Part shown: positions 41,800-50,477 of the stretch, piece by piece
Numbering within the stretch: position 1 is the first letter of the stretch
How the letters are laid out: every line of letters starts with the position of its first letter
NCBI GenBank assembly: GCA_963842995.1
Contig: CAWJIO010000011.1
Coordinates: forward strand, 517,255 to 581,254
Reading direction: 5' to 3'
DNA: 64,000 nucleotides
Origin: an uncultured Solirubrobacterales bacterium
Lineage (GTDB): Bacteria; Actinomycetota; Thermoleophilia; Solirubrobacterales; Solirubrobacteraceae
The notes under the pieces: generated by a model
What the model saw: only the letters and a program-made list of their open reading frames with translations
Told to the model about the DNA's origin: nothing
Databases searched by the model: none
Made by a program: the position numbers and the translations under genes

Positions 41800-42690
41800 A
41801 TGTCTCACTTCGAAACACCACAACCAATCTCGGTCGTGCTCGAGTTGCGCGTGGCGGACATCCGCGTCGCCGCCGGGGAGCGCGCGGACACGATCGTCCA
41901 GGTACGGCCGAGCGACTCGTCCAGGCGCGACGACGTGACCGCTGCCGAGCACACGCGCGTCGAGTATGCCGACGGCAGGCTGCTGGTCAAGGGACCGCGC
42001 CGGCTGCGGGAGTGGAGCCCGTTCAGCGATGGCGGCTCGGTAGATGTCGACATCGAGCTTCCCGCCGGCTCGGATCTGAGCGGCCACACGGCGGCCGGCG
42101 GGTTCCGCTGTACCGGTTCGCTCGGGCGCTGCGAGCTGAAGAGCAGCGCCGGCGAGATCAGCCTTGATCGGGCCGCACGTGTGAAGCTGGCAACGGCCGG
42201 CGACATCGGACTCGAGCGGGTTACCGGGGACGCCGAGCTGGCGACTGCCACGGGCGATGTGCGTGCCGGCGAGATCGACGGCTCGGCGGTGATCAAGAAC
42301 TCCAACGGCGACACCCGGATCGGCGAGGTCGGCGGCGATCTTCGGGTCAAGGCGGCAAACGGCGACATCGACGTCGAACGCTCGCACGGCTCGGTCAGCG
42401 CCAAGACCGCCAACGGCCACATCCGCGTCGGGAGCGTCCACCGCGGCTCGCTCGTCGCGGAGACCGCAACCGGGCACATCGAGGTCGGGATCGCCGGCGG
42501 AGTCGCCACCTGGCTCGACCTCCACACGCACTACGGCCACGTCCACAACGGCCTCGACGCCACCGAGGGTCCCGAGTCAGCCGACGAGCAGGTCGAAGTA
42601 CGGGCGAGGACGGGATTCGGGGACATCACGATCCGCCGCGAGGCCCAGCGCAGCGACGAGCTGCTTTCGGGAGGGAGGGACCATGAGTGA
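41800..42690 (+). CDS. DUF4097-like beta-strand repeat protein
   Basis: FETPQPISV; repeated xxSNGD/ANGD/ATGD motifs. Confidence 0.85.
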   Translation: MSHFETPQPISVVLELRVADIRVAAGERADTIVQVRPSDSSRRDDVTAAEHTRVEYADGRLLVKGPRRLREWSPFSDGGSVDVDIELPAGSDLSGHTAAGGFRCTGSLGRCELKSSAGEISLDRAARVKLATAGDIGLERVTGDAELATATGDVRAGEIDGSAVIKNSNGDTRIGEVGGDLRVKAANGDIDVERSHGSVSAKTANGHIRVGSVHRGSLVAETATGHIEVGIAGGVATWLDLHTHYGHVHNGLDATEGPESADEQVEVRARTGFGDITIRREAQRSDELLSGGRDHE

Positions 42691-43663
42691 TGCAATCGAG
42701 GTCCACGGGGTCGGCAAGCGCTTCGGAGAGGTGGTCGCGCTGGGCGGGCTTGACCTGACCGTGCCCGCCGGCACCGTGTTCGGGCTGCTCGGCCCGAATG
42801 GAGCCGGCAAGACGACGCTCGTGCGGATCCTGGCGACGCTGCTCGCGCCGAGCAGCGGCCGGGCGGCGGTGCTGGGCTACGACGTCGTGCGCGAGCCGCT
42901 TGCCGTCCGGCGGCGGATCGGACTGGCGGGTCAGTTCGCGGCGGTCGACGAGGAGCTCACCGGCCCGGAAAACGTCGAGATGATCGCGCGCCTCTACCGG
43001 CTGCCGATGGGCGACGCCCGCCGGCGCGCGGCGGACGTGTTCGAGCGGTTCGAGCTCGTCGAGGCCGCCGACCGTCGCGTCTCGACGTACTCCGGCGGGA
43101 TGCGCCGTCGGCTCGACCTCGCCGCCGGACTGATCGGACGGCCGCCGGTCGTGCTGCTCGACGAGCCGACCACCGGACTCGACCCCAGGTCGCGCCAGGA
43201 GCTGTGGCGGATCGTCGACGAGCTACGACGGGACGGGACGACGGTGCTGCTGACGACCCAGTACCTGGAGGAGGCAGACCGGCTGGCGCAACGGATCGGG
43301 GTCGTGGACCGTGGCCGGATCGTGGCGCACGGCACCGCGGCCGAGCTGAAGGCGGCGGTCGGCGCGACGATCCTGAGCGTCCACCTCGCCGACCGCGCCG
43401 CTGCGCATGATGCCTCTGCGGCGCTTGCCGGCCTCGGCGCCGCCGAGCAGCCGCACGTTGACGCCGCCGACGGCGAGATCCGCCTGGCCGTCGAGGATCC
43501 GGGCGCATCGGCGGAGGCGGTGCGGAGGCTCGACGCCCGGCAGCTCGAGATCGCGTCCGTCGAGCTGCATCAGCCGACGCTCGACGACGTGTTCCTGACC
43601 CTGACCGGCCACCCCGCCGAGGAGGGACCAACCGAACAGACACTCGAACAGGAGGCCGCGTGA
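42683..43663 (+). CDS. DrrA-like ABC transporter ATPase
   Basis: GPNGAGKTT, YSGGMRRRLDLA, LDEPTTGLDP, LTTQYLEEAD. Confidence 0.93.
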   Translation: MSDAIEVHGVGKRFGEVVALGGLDLTVPAGTVFGLLGPNGAGKTTLVRILATLLAPSSGRAAVLGYDVVREPLAVRRRIGLAGQFAAVDEELTGPENVEMIARLYRLPMGDARRRAADVFERFELVEAADRRVSTYSGGMRRRLDLAAGLIGRPPVVLLDEPTTGLDPRSRQELWRIVDELRRDGTTVLLTTQYLEEADRLAQRIGVVDRGRIVAHGTAAELKAAVGATILSVHLADRAAAHDASAALAGLGAAEQPHVDAADGEIRLAVEDPGASAEAVRRLDARQLEIASVELHQPTLDDVFLTLTGHPAEEGPTEQTLEQEAA

Positions 43664-44466
43664 TGAGCGCCACCGCCCAAGCAATCCCGTCCCGCGGCCG
43701 CGTCACGCTGGCCGAGACAGCGGCCGACAGCCGCGTGATGGCGACGCGCCAGCTACGCAAGGTGCTGCGCCGGCCGATGTACGTCGTCTACCTGTTCGTG
43801 CAGCCGGTGATCTTCGTGCTCCTGTTCCGCTACGTGTTCGGAGGGGCGATCAAGGCTCCTCACACCAGCTATGTCAACTACCTGATGCCCGGGATCATCG
43901 TGATGACGGCGATCTTCGGGGCGCTGACGACCGGGCTCGGGCTCACCGAGGACCTGAAGGCCGGGGTCGTCGACCGCTTCCGATCGCTGCCGATCGCACG
44001 GTCGGCGGTGCTGATCGGACGCACCGCGGCCGACTTGACGGTGAACGTGATCAGCCTGATCGTGATGCTGCTGATCGGGTTCGCGGTCGGCTTCCGGCCG
44101 AGCCAGCCGGTCTACGAAGTGGCGCTGGCATTTGCGCTCGTGCTGGCATTCGCGTACGTGTTCTCGTGGATCAGCGCGTATATGGGCCTGGCGGTGCGCG
44201 ATCCGGAGACCGCGCAGTCGGTCGGGTTCATCTGGGTGCTCCCACTGGTGTTCGCCTCCTCGGCGTTCGTCCCGACCAGCTCGATGCCTGGGGCCTTGCA
44301 CGCGTTTGCCGATGTCAACCCGGTGAGCCTCACCGTCAACGCCTCGCGAGCCCTGACCGTCGGCCACGCGCATGCGCTCGGTCCCGCGCTCGGGACACTC
44401 GCGTGGCTCGGTGGCCTGCTGGTGGTGTTCGTCCCGCTCGCGGTCAGAATGTTCCGCCGCGCCTGA
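43663..44466 (+). CDS. DrrB-like ABC-2 permease
   Basis: QPVIFVLLFRYVFGGAI, DRFRSLPIARSA, FASSAFVP. Confidence 0.92.
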   Translation: MSATAQAIPSRGRVTLAETAADSRVMATRQLRKVLRRPMYVVYLFVQPVIFVLLFRYVFGGAIKAPHTSYVNYLMPGIIVMTAIFGALTTGLGLTEDLKAGVVDRFRSLPIARSAVLIGRTAADLTVNVISLIVMLLIGFAVGFRPSQPVYEVALAFALVLAFAYVFSWISAYMGLAVRDPETAQSVGFIWVLPLVFASSAFVPTSSMPGALHAFADVNPVSLTVNASRALTVGHAHALGPALGTLAWLGGLLVVFVPLAVRMFRRA

Positions 44467-44511
44467 GCAGCCGCGCACGCCACGCCCGATCAGCCCGCCG
44501 GCGCGAACGCA

Positions 44512-44551
44512 AGCGGACCCCCGCGGGGCACACGCTCCGCGGGGTTTCGCT
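44512..44551 (+). terminator. GC-rich hairpin after the ABC operon
   Basis: AGCGGACCCCCGCGG...CCGCGGGGTTTCGCT, imperfect stem. Confidence 0.5.
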
Positions 44552-44665
44552 GCTCGAGCCAAACCCGCGCAGGAGGTCGTACTCGACGTGCTCGCGTCCG
44601 TCACTGCCGTGTACGGCCAGCGCCGGCCCCGCCAAGGCCGTCGTCTGCCGTCCGTATGCCTTAAC

Positions 44666-44833
44666 TCACGCGTCGCTCTTCTTTCCCGTCGGTTTCCAGC
44701 CGTGTCTGACGCCCTCTAGTAGTCGACGCTGACGGTCGGCCTTGTCCTTGGTCGTGTGGCGGGAGTAGACCTTTCCGGTCTCTCGATCCACGACCTCGTA
44801 TGCCCCGTTTGTCTTTCTAACGCTGTAGGGCAA
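44666..44833 (-). CDS. 55-aa basic small protein, absent from the ORF track
   Basis: TTG start; MPYSVRKTNGAYEVVDRETGKVYSRHTTKDKADRQRRLLEGVRHGWKPTGKKSDA*. Confidence 0.65.
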   Translation of the reverse strand: MPYSVRKTNGAYEVVDRETGKVYSRHTTKDKADRQRRLLEGVRHGWKPTGKKSDA

Positions 44834-45031
44834 ACCACTTCACTTCCGGTCCGCAGGCTTGTTTTCTGAGCCCATTAGACCACCTTCCACAGGCTACTCA
44901 CAGCCGTCACCGCGACGTCCGCCCGCCTCCGCATCCATCCGGCCGACGATCGCATTGGTCGCTTGGCCGACATCGCACCAAAGATCCATTCGGCCGCGTG
45001 CAGCCCGGCTACCTGTCGGGCTCTGGCCCGG

Positions 45032-47626
45032 CTAGGGCAGGATCTCGACGTACCCGTCCGTTCCATGCACGCGGATCCGCTGCCCATCGCGGATCAGCCG
45101 GGTAGCATGCTCCACCCCCACGACGGCCGGCAAGCCGTACTCCCGTGCGATTACCGCGCCATGGGTCATCAGGCCCCCCACCTCCGTCACCAGGCCCTGG
45201 ATCGCGACGAACACAGGCGTCCAGCTGGGGTCGGTGTAGGCGGTGACCAGGATGTCGCCCGCTTCGAGATCGGCCTGCGCCATGTCCAGGATGACGCGGG
45301 CCCGCCCCTCGATGGTCCCGGCGGAAACCGCTAAGCCGACCAGCGCGCTGGCCGGCAAATCGCCGCGTTGGTACGCCCCGGCGATGACCTCGCCATCCGA
45401 CGTGAGCACCCGGGGCGGCGTGAGCACTTGGTACGACCTAAACGCGTCCTTGCGCTGGCGGATCAGCTGGTCATCCACTTGGTTCGTGCGCACGACGTCG
45501 TGGAGCTCCTGAAACGTGAGGTAGAAAATGTCTTCCTTCTCAGGAAGCACGTGAGCCTGCACGAGGCGCTCGGCCTCTTCCAACAAGGCCTGCTTGTAGA
45601 CGAAGTAGCGGCTGACGATGCCGTACTTCGGATACTCCCGGTACCCGATGAAGGTCCGGACCCGATGGATCATCCGCTTGGCCTCTGCGGCCTTCCGCTC
45701 ACCGTCCGGCAAGACCCGCAACCGCTCCAGCAGCTCCTGTTCCTTGTTCCAGGCCTCCTGCCGCCCTTGCTCGAGGCGCCGCTCGCCGGCGCCCGGCTCG
45801 AAGTTCTTGATGTTGCCGAGGATCATGGGCACGAGCGTGGTGGGGCGTTCGCTCCAACGCGGCTTCGTGATGTCGATCTCGCCGACGCAGCGCATCCCGT
45901 ACTCGTCGAGGAAGGCCCGGATCGCGTCCCGCGCTTGCCGCCCGCCCGCGAGCTTCGCCAACTCGTCGAGGAAGTCCTCGTCCTCGACGTTCTGCAGAAA
46001 AGCCACCACGTTCGGATGCGGGCGGATCACGTCCGCGACGTCCAGGAGCGCGAGCCCCATCTCAGACGTGACGTTGTGGGCGGCGGACTGCGTGAGCGTG
46101 TCGGCCGCGTTCTTCTCGCCCAGCCACGCCTGAAGCTGCTCGTTGAGCCACCAGGTGGCCTCCATCCCGGCCATGATCGCCTGATGGCTTCGCGGATCGA
46201 ACAAGATTTGCTTCAGCTCCTGGATGTCCGCCAGGATGAAGTCGAGCAGCGCCGATCCGGACTTCGTCCGAATGTCGCGCTTCAAGCCGGCGATAGAGGC
46301 CTGGTTCTGCCCGATCAGCTCGGCGACGATGGTCGGATCGGTCTCGATCTGGGCGGGCGGGCCACCAGCCGGCGCCGCGCCGGGACCCTCGTCCGGGAGC
46401 GATCGGATGAAGTCGCCGCGTTCGAGGATGGTCTGCAGCGCGTCCCCGATCAGCGGATCGGATCTCCCTAGAGCCTCCAGAAGGCCTGCTCGGGTCGCGG
46501 ACGAAGCCAGGCGCCGGGTGACATCGACGAACAGCCTCCCGCCGGCCTCGTACATTCGCACGAGGGCAGTCAACTGCCACACGGAAAGCCCCAGGGGCTT
46601 CATCGGGTCGGTCATCATCTGCTGATGACCCACGGAGACGTAGACGTGGTCCTCTCGGTCGCCGGCCGCGGGGATGGGGAACAGCGTGGTAATCGGCCGG
46701 CTCTGGACGATCCGGAAGCCATCGTCGAGCAGGCACCATTCGATGTCCTGGGGACGGCCGAAGTGCGCTTCGATCCGCCGGCCCAGCTGCGCGAGTCGCA
46801 CGACCTGCGCATCCGTCAGCGCCGGCTGCTGCTGCCGCTCCGGCTCGATCGCCTGTTCCTGTGTCCCGCTCGCCGGCGAGGCATGGATGGCAAGCTGCTT
46901 GGTCCCGACCCCCTTGACGACGACCTCGCCGTCCCGCACCTTGTAGACGTCTGCGTTCACCAGGCCGGAGACCAGGGCCTCGCCGAGGCCAAAGCTGGCC
47001 TCCACTGAGGTGACCTTCCGGTTGAAGGTGACGGGGTCGGCCGTGAACAGGATGCCGGCCGCCTGCGGGAAGACCATCTGCTGCACGACCACGGCCATGT
47101 GGTTCTTCCGGTGGTCGAAGCCGTTCCGCAGGCGGTAGGTCACGGCCCGCTCGGTGAAGAGCGAGGCCCAGCACCGGCCGACGTGCTGGAGGATCGCCGC
47201 CGGCCCCACGACGTTCAGGTAGGTGTCGTGCTGGCCCGCGAAGGATGCGGTCGGCAAGTCCTCCGCCGTCGCGCTGGATCGGACGGCGTAGGCGGCTTGC
47301 TCGCCGAGTCGGGCGAGCGGGCGCGTGATCGCCGATGCCAGATCCTCAGGGATGGCGATCGCTTCGAGGGTCCAGCGGATCTCCGCGCTGAGCGCGCGTA
47401 TCGCCTCCCGATCGTCCGGCTTCAGGCGCGACAGCCGATCGAGCCGATCGTCGATCGACGGCGCTTCCGCGAGGATCCGCTGGAAGGCGTCCGTCGTCAC
47501 ACAGAAACCAGCCGGCACACGGATGCCTTCGATCCGCGAAAGCTCCCCCAGGAGCGCGCCCTTGCCGCCAACGACCGCAACCTGGGTCTGGTCGATCTCC
47601 TGGAAATCCAACACGTAGCAACCCAT
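45032..47626 (-). CDS. rph: Rifamycin-inactivating phosphotransferase
   Basis: ATP-grasp VRSSATAED; YVSVGHQQMMTDPMKPLGLS, YGMRCVGEIDITKPRW; C-terminal GGLMTHGAVIAREYG; GGAGGTG RBS. Confidence 0.93.
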   Translation of the reverse strand: MGCYVLDFQEIDQTQVAVVGGKGALLGELSRIEGIRVPAGFCVTTDAFQRILAEAPSIDDRLDRLSRLKPDDREAIRALSAEIRWTLEAIAIPEDLASAITRPLARLGEQAAYAVRSSATAEDLPTASFAGQHDTYLNVVGPAAILQHVGRCWASLFTERAVTYRLRNGFDHRKNHMAVVVQQMVFPQAAGILFTADPVTFNRKVTSVEASFGLGEALVSGLVNADVYKVRDGEVVVKGVGTKQLAIHASPASGTQEQAIEPERQQQPALTDAQVVRLAQLGRRIEAHFGRPQDIEWCLLDDGFRIVQSRPITTLFPIPAAGDREDHVYVSVGHQQMMTDPMKPLGLSVWQLTALVRMYEAGGRLFVDVTRRLASSATRAGLLEALGRSDPLIGDALQTILERGDFIRSLPDEGPGAAPAGGPPAQIETDPTIVAELIGQNQASIAGLKRDIRTKSGSALLDFILADIQELKQILFDPRSHQAIMAGMEATWWLNEQLQAWLGEKNAADTLTQSAAHNVTSEMGLALLDVADVIRPHPNVVAFLQNVEDEDFLDELAKLAGGRQARDAIRAFLDEYGMRCVGEIDITKPRWSERPTTLVPMILGNIKNFEPGAGERRLEQGRQEAWNKEQELLERLRVLPDGERKAAEAKRMIHRVRTFIGYREYPKYGIVSRYFVYKQALLEEAERLVQAHVLPEKEDIFYLTFQELHDVVRTNQVDDQLIRQRKDAFRSYQVLTPPRVLTSDGEVIAGAYQRGDLPASALVGLAVSAGTIEGRARVILDMAQADLEAGDILVTAYTDPSWTPVFVAIQGLVTEVGGLMTHGAVIAREYGLPAVVGVEHATRLIRDGQRIRVHGTDGYVEILP

Positions 47627-47696
47627 CCGCTCACCTCCCTCGGAGTAGACCCGGTCAACTCCACTGCTGTTCATCGGTTACAGCGTGCCGCGGGCG

Positions 47697-47733
47697 ATTA
47701 TGCGGCACGAATCAGGGCCTCATGAGAGCCCCC
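47697..47733 (-). promoter_or_regulatory. rph promoter with an RAE-like imperfect palindrome
   Basis: Minus strand reads GGGGCTCTCATGAGGCCC-TGATTCGTGCCG-CATAAT. Confidence 0.55.
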
Positions 47734-47824
47734 TATCTGGTAAGAGGCACGGGAGCGGGAGCGCCCGCGATCACCGTCGCCAGCACAAGCAGGCTCGGGC
47801 GACGCCGGCCGCCTCGCGAATCGC

Positions 47825-47943
47825 TTGTGCGTCTTCCCCAGCGTGGTACTTTGTTTGGTGGCCTTCCGGGCCGTTACATGCGTGTCGCTCGCTGACATCC
47901 GCCATGACTGATCTCGCCGCGCTACGGCGGGCTCGCGGGTGTC
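47825..47943 (+). promoter_or_regulatory. ABC-F promoter and leader with uORF MRVAR and a hairpin
   Basis: TTGTGC 47825; TG-N-TACTTT 47844-47852; uORF 47878-47895; stem GACATCCGC/GCGGGTGTC. Confidence 0.5.
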
Positions 47944-47979
47944 TGCTGAGGCGTTTGTCCTGTTACGGAAGGAGCCTGA

Positions 47980-49578
47980 ATGTCCGCGACTCTGCTCGTG
48001 GCTGAGAACATCCACCGAAGGTACGGCGAGCGGGCCGTGCTGGAGAACGTCACGCTCCGCGTCGATGCCGACAGCCGAATTGGTCTGGTCGGGCCCAACG
48101 GGTCGGGGAAGACCACGCTGCTGAGGATCCTGGCCGGCCTCGAGCGGCCCGACACTGGATCGGTGCGGGCAGCGGGGACCGTCGGCTATCTGAACGCCAC
48201 GCGTGATTCGGCGCGGACCGGCCGCGAGGCGATTCTCGCGGCGGTTGGACTGACCGAGGCGTCGGGCGAGCTGGACCGGTGGGCCGAACGGCTGCAGGGC
48301 GGTGATCTCAACGCGATCGCGGCGCACGCCAGCGCGCTTGAGCGCTGGCTGGCGCTCGGCGGCCCGGATGCAGACGGGCGGCTTGCAGCTGTGGCTGAAC
48401 AACTGGGCCTCGAACCCGACCTGCTGACGCGACCGGTGGCTGCGCTGTCGGGCGGACAGGCAGCACGCGTCCGATTGGCCGCGATCGCGATGGCACGCCA
48501 TGACGTCATGCTGCTGGACGAGCCGGCCAACCACCTCGATGCCGACGGCCTGACACGGCTGCGCCGCCTGGTGGACGCACATTCCGGGGGGATCGTGTTG
48601 GTCGCCCACGATCGCCAACTCCTCGCCGACACGTGCACCGAGATAGTCGCGCTCGAGCGTCACACCGGCGAAGCGACAAGCTACCCGGGCAGCTACGCGT
48701 GCTACGAGCGCGAGCGCGACGCCGCTCGCGCAGGCGCGCTCGCCGAGCACGCGCGGGCCCTCGCCCAACGGGAAGAGCTGAACGCCGCTGAGAGGGAGAT
48801 GCGCCGTCGCGCGCAAGCCAGCCTGAACCGCCCGCGGGCGCGCCACGACAACGACAAGCACTTGCACGAGTGGGTCAAGATGCGCGCCGAGGAGATGGCC
48901 GGCCGTGCACGCAAGGTCGGCACGCGACGCGAGCGGATCGCGGTCCCGGACAAGCCGTGGCGAGACCCGACGTTGCGTCTGCGGCTCACCGCAGGCGAGC
49001 GGCGACGATCGTGGGTGCTCGCACTCGAGGGCGGGCAGTGGCAGCGCGGCGACTGGACACTCGGGCCGATCGACCTGACGATTGCTGACGGCGAGCGCCT
49101 GCTGATCACCGGGCCGAACGGGAGTGGGAAGTCGACCGTGATCGCCACCCTCGCCGGACGACTGCAACCCGTCGGCGGTCATTGTCGCGTCGCCGCAGGC
49201 GCGATCGTCGCTCAGCTAGGCCAGATGCGCGATTCACTGGACACCGAGCAGCCACTCAGCGCCGCCGTGCGCGAGCTCACCGGACTGGACGAGGCCGGCG
49301 CTCGAGCTGCGCTGGCCTGGTTTGGGCTCGGTGCCGATCACGCTGGACGAAACGCCGAGAGCCTGTCACTTGGCGAGCGTACCCGCGCCGAGCTGGCAGT
49401 ACTCGCCCACCTGCGCGCAGCCTGCCTCCTGCTCGACGAGCCGACCAACCACCTCGACATCGAGTCCGTCGAGGTACTCGAGGCGGCTCTCGCTGGCTGG
49501 CCCGGAGCGCTCGTCCTCGCCAGCCACGACACCAGGTTCTGCGCGCGCCTGGCACCAGACCGCGAGCTGACGCTCTGA
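47980..49578 (+). CDS. ABC-F family ATPase
   Basis: Two NBDs (GPNGSGKTT/LSGGQ/LLDEP and GPNGSGKST/LSLGE/LLDEPTNH), long charged linker, no TM helix. Confidence 0.92.
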   Translation: MSATLLVAENIHRRYGERAVLENVTLRVDADSRIGLVGPNGSGKTTLLRILAGLERPDTGSVRAAGTVGYLNATRDSARTGREAILAAVGLTEASGELDRWAERLQGGDLNAIAAHASALERWLALGGPDADGRLAAVAEQLGLEPDLLTRPVAALSGGQAARVRLAAIAMARHDVMLLDEPANHLDADGLTRLRRLVDAHSGGIVLVAHDRQLLADTCTEIVALERHTGEATSYPGSYACYERERDAARAGALAEHARALAQREELNAAEREMRRRAQASLNRPRARHDNDKHLHEWVKMRAEEMAGRARKVGTRRERIAVPDKPWRDPTLRLRLTAGERRRSWVLALEGGQWQRGDWTLGPIDLTIADGERLLITGPNGSGKSTVIATLAGRLQPVGGHCRVAAGAIVAQLGQMRDSLDTEQPLSAAVRELTGLDEAGARAALAWFGLGADHAGRNAESLSLGERTRAELAVLAHLRAACLLLDEPTNHLDIESVEVLEAALAGWPGALVLASHDTRFCARLAPDRELTL

Positions 49579-49705
49579 CCTGCGCCTTCTCCATGCGGCA
49601 CGGCCTCTCTGCCATTGGGATTGGCGGAGTCCAGCGGCACAAGCCCCGCTCGCAGACCCGGCCTGCGACGAGCAGGGAAGCGTGCGCTGTACTGCGTCCC
49701 CTGCT

Positions 49706-49960
49706 TTATCGCCGCGACGAGATGTCTTGCGCGCTGGCTGTCCGGTAGCCATCTCGGATCAGATCTAGAAGCATCTCGAGTCTGCGCGTCGGAAGGCCAG
49801 TGAGGGCGATGCCGCTGACGAGCGCGAGAAGGTCGCTTGCCGTGATGTCTGCTCGGACCGTGCCAGCATCGCGCGCGCGGGTCAGGAGTTGCAACGCGGC
49901 GTCTTGCATCGTGGCGTGCCAGAACGGGGCGCACACCGCGAACTCGGACGCTCGGTGAGC
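49706..49960 (-). pseudogene. TetR-family C-terminal remnant
   Basis: LLTRARDAGTVRADITASDLLALVSGI...LLDLIRDG; no HTH. Confidence 0.65.
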
Positions 49961-50066
49961 CCTAACGCGAGCCAGTCGGGTACAGCAGCAGGTTTCCGCC
50001 GACGTTACGCTCGGCGGCGATGTCGTTCCTCCACAGGCGCGACGCGGTCGTGCCAGGCGCGGACGC

Positions 50067-50339
50067 CTATCGAGTGAATGCGGCGTGAAGCTCGTGGTAC
50101 GTGAGGTCGGGTACAACTCCAGGCGGGAGATTCGGCTTCAGGTTCTCGTTGAAAAACTTCTGGCTGTCCGCCTCGGACTCCCAGATTTCGATCATGCGCA
50201 TCCCGCCGGCGGGACTCGGACCTCCGGCGTGGGACATGAAGCCGTTCGCCGAACGCAGCAACGGCATCAGCTGCTCCAGCATCGAGGCATAGGTCCCCTC
50301 GTCGAGGTTCGGTTGTTCAGCAATCATGAGTACAGGCAT
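50067..50339 (-). CDS. Small ABM-like (dimeric alpha/beta barrel) protein
   Basis: ANGFMSHAGGP, MIEIWESEADSQKFF; AAGGA RBS. Confidence 0.8.
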   Translation of the reverse strand: MPVLMIAEQPNLDEGTYASMLEQLMPLLRSANGFMSHAGGPSPAGGMRMIEIWESEADSQKFFNENLKPNLPPGVVPDLTYHELHAAFTR

Positions 50340-50405
50340 CGGTCCACGTCCTTGATGGGTGATTAGCGTCTAGGAGCATCTTGTGCTTCTGCCCCGCGCT
50401 TTTCG

Positions 50406-50424
50406 ATCCCTCGGTTGCGGGGAT
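50406..50424. promoter_or_regulatory. ATCCC-N9-GGGAT palindrome, candidate operator
   Basis: Lies between the divergent small gene and the LuxR regulator. Confidence 0.45.
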
Positions 50425-50477
50425 TTTTCGTGCTCGACCTCTTGGACCGAGCGCTCGGTCGGGCTTATAGTCGTCGA

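Noticed and set aside
45032..47626. PEP synthase
   Set aside because: The His domain is C-terminal and no PEP-binding barrel is present; this domain order fits Rph
47698..49182. Long antisense ORFs here and elsewhere (e.g. 5375-6532, 23569-24801, 30410-31720, 60078-61211)
   Set aside because: Shadow ORFs of real genes in high-GC DNA, with no motifs
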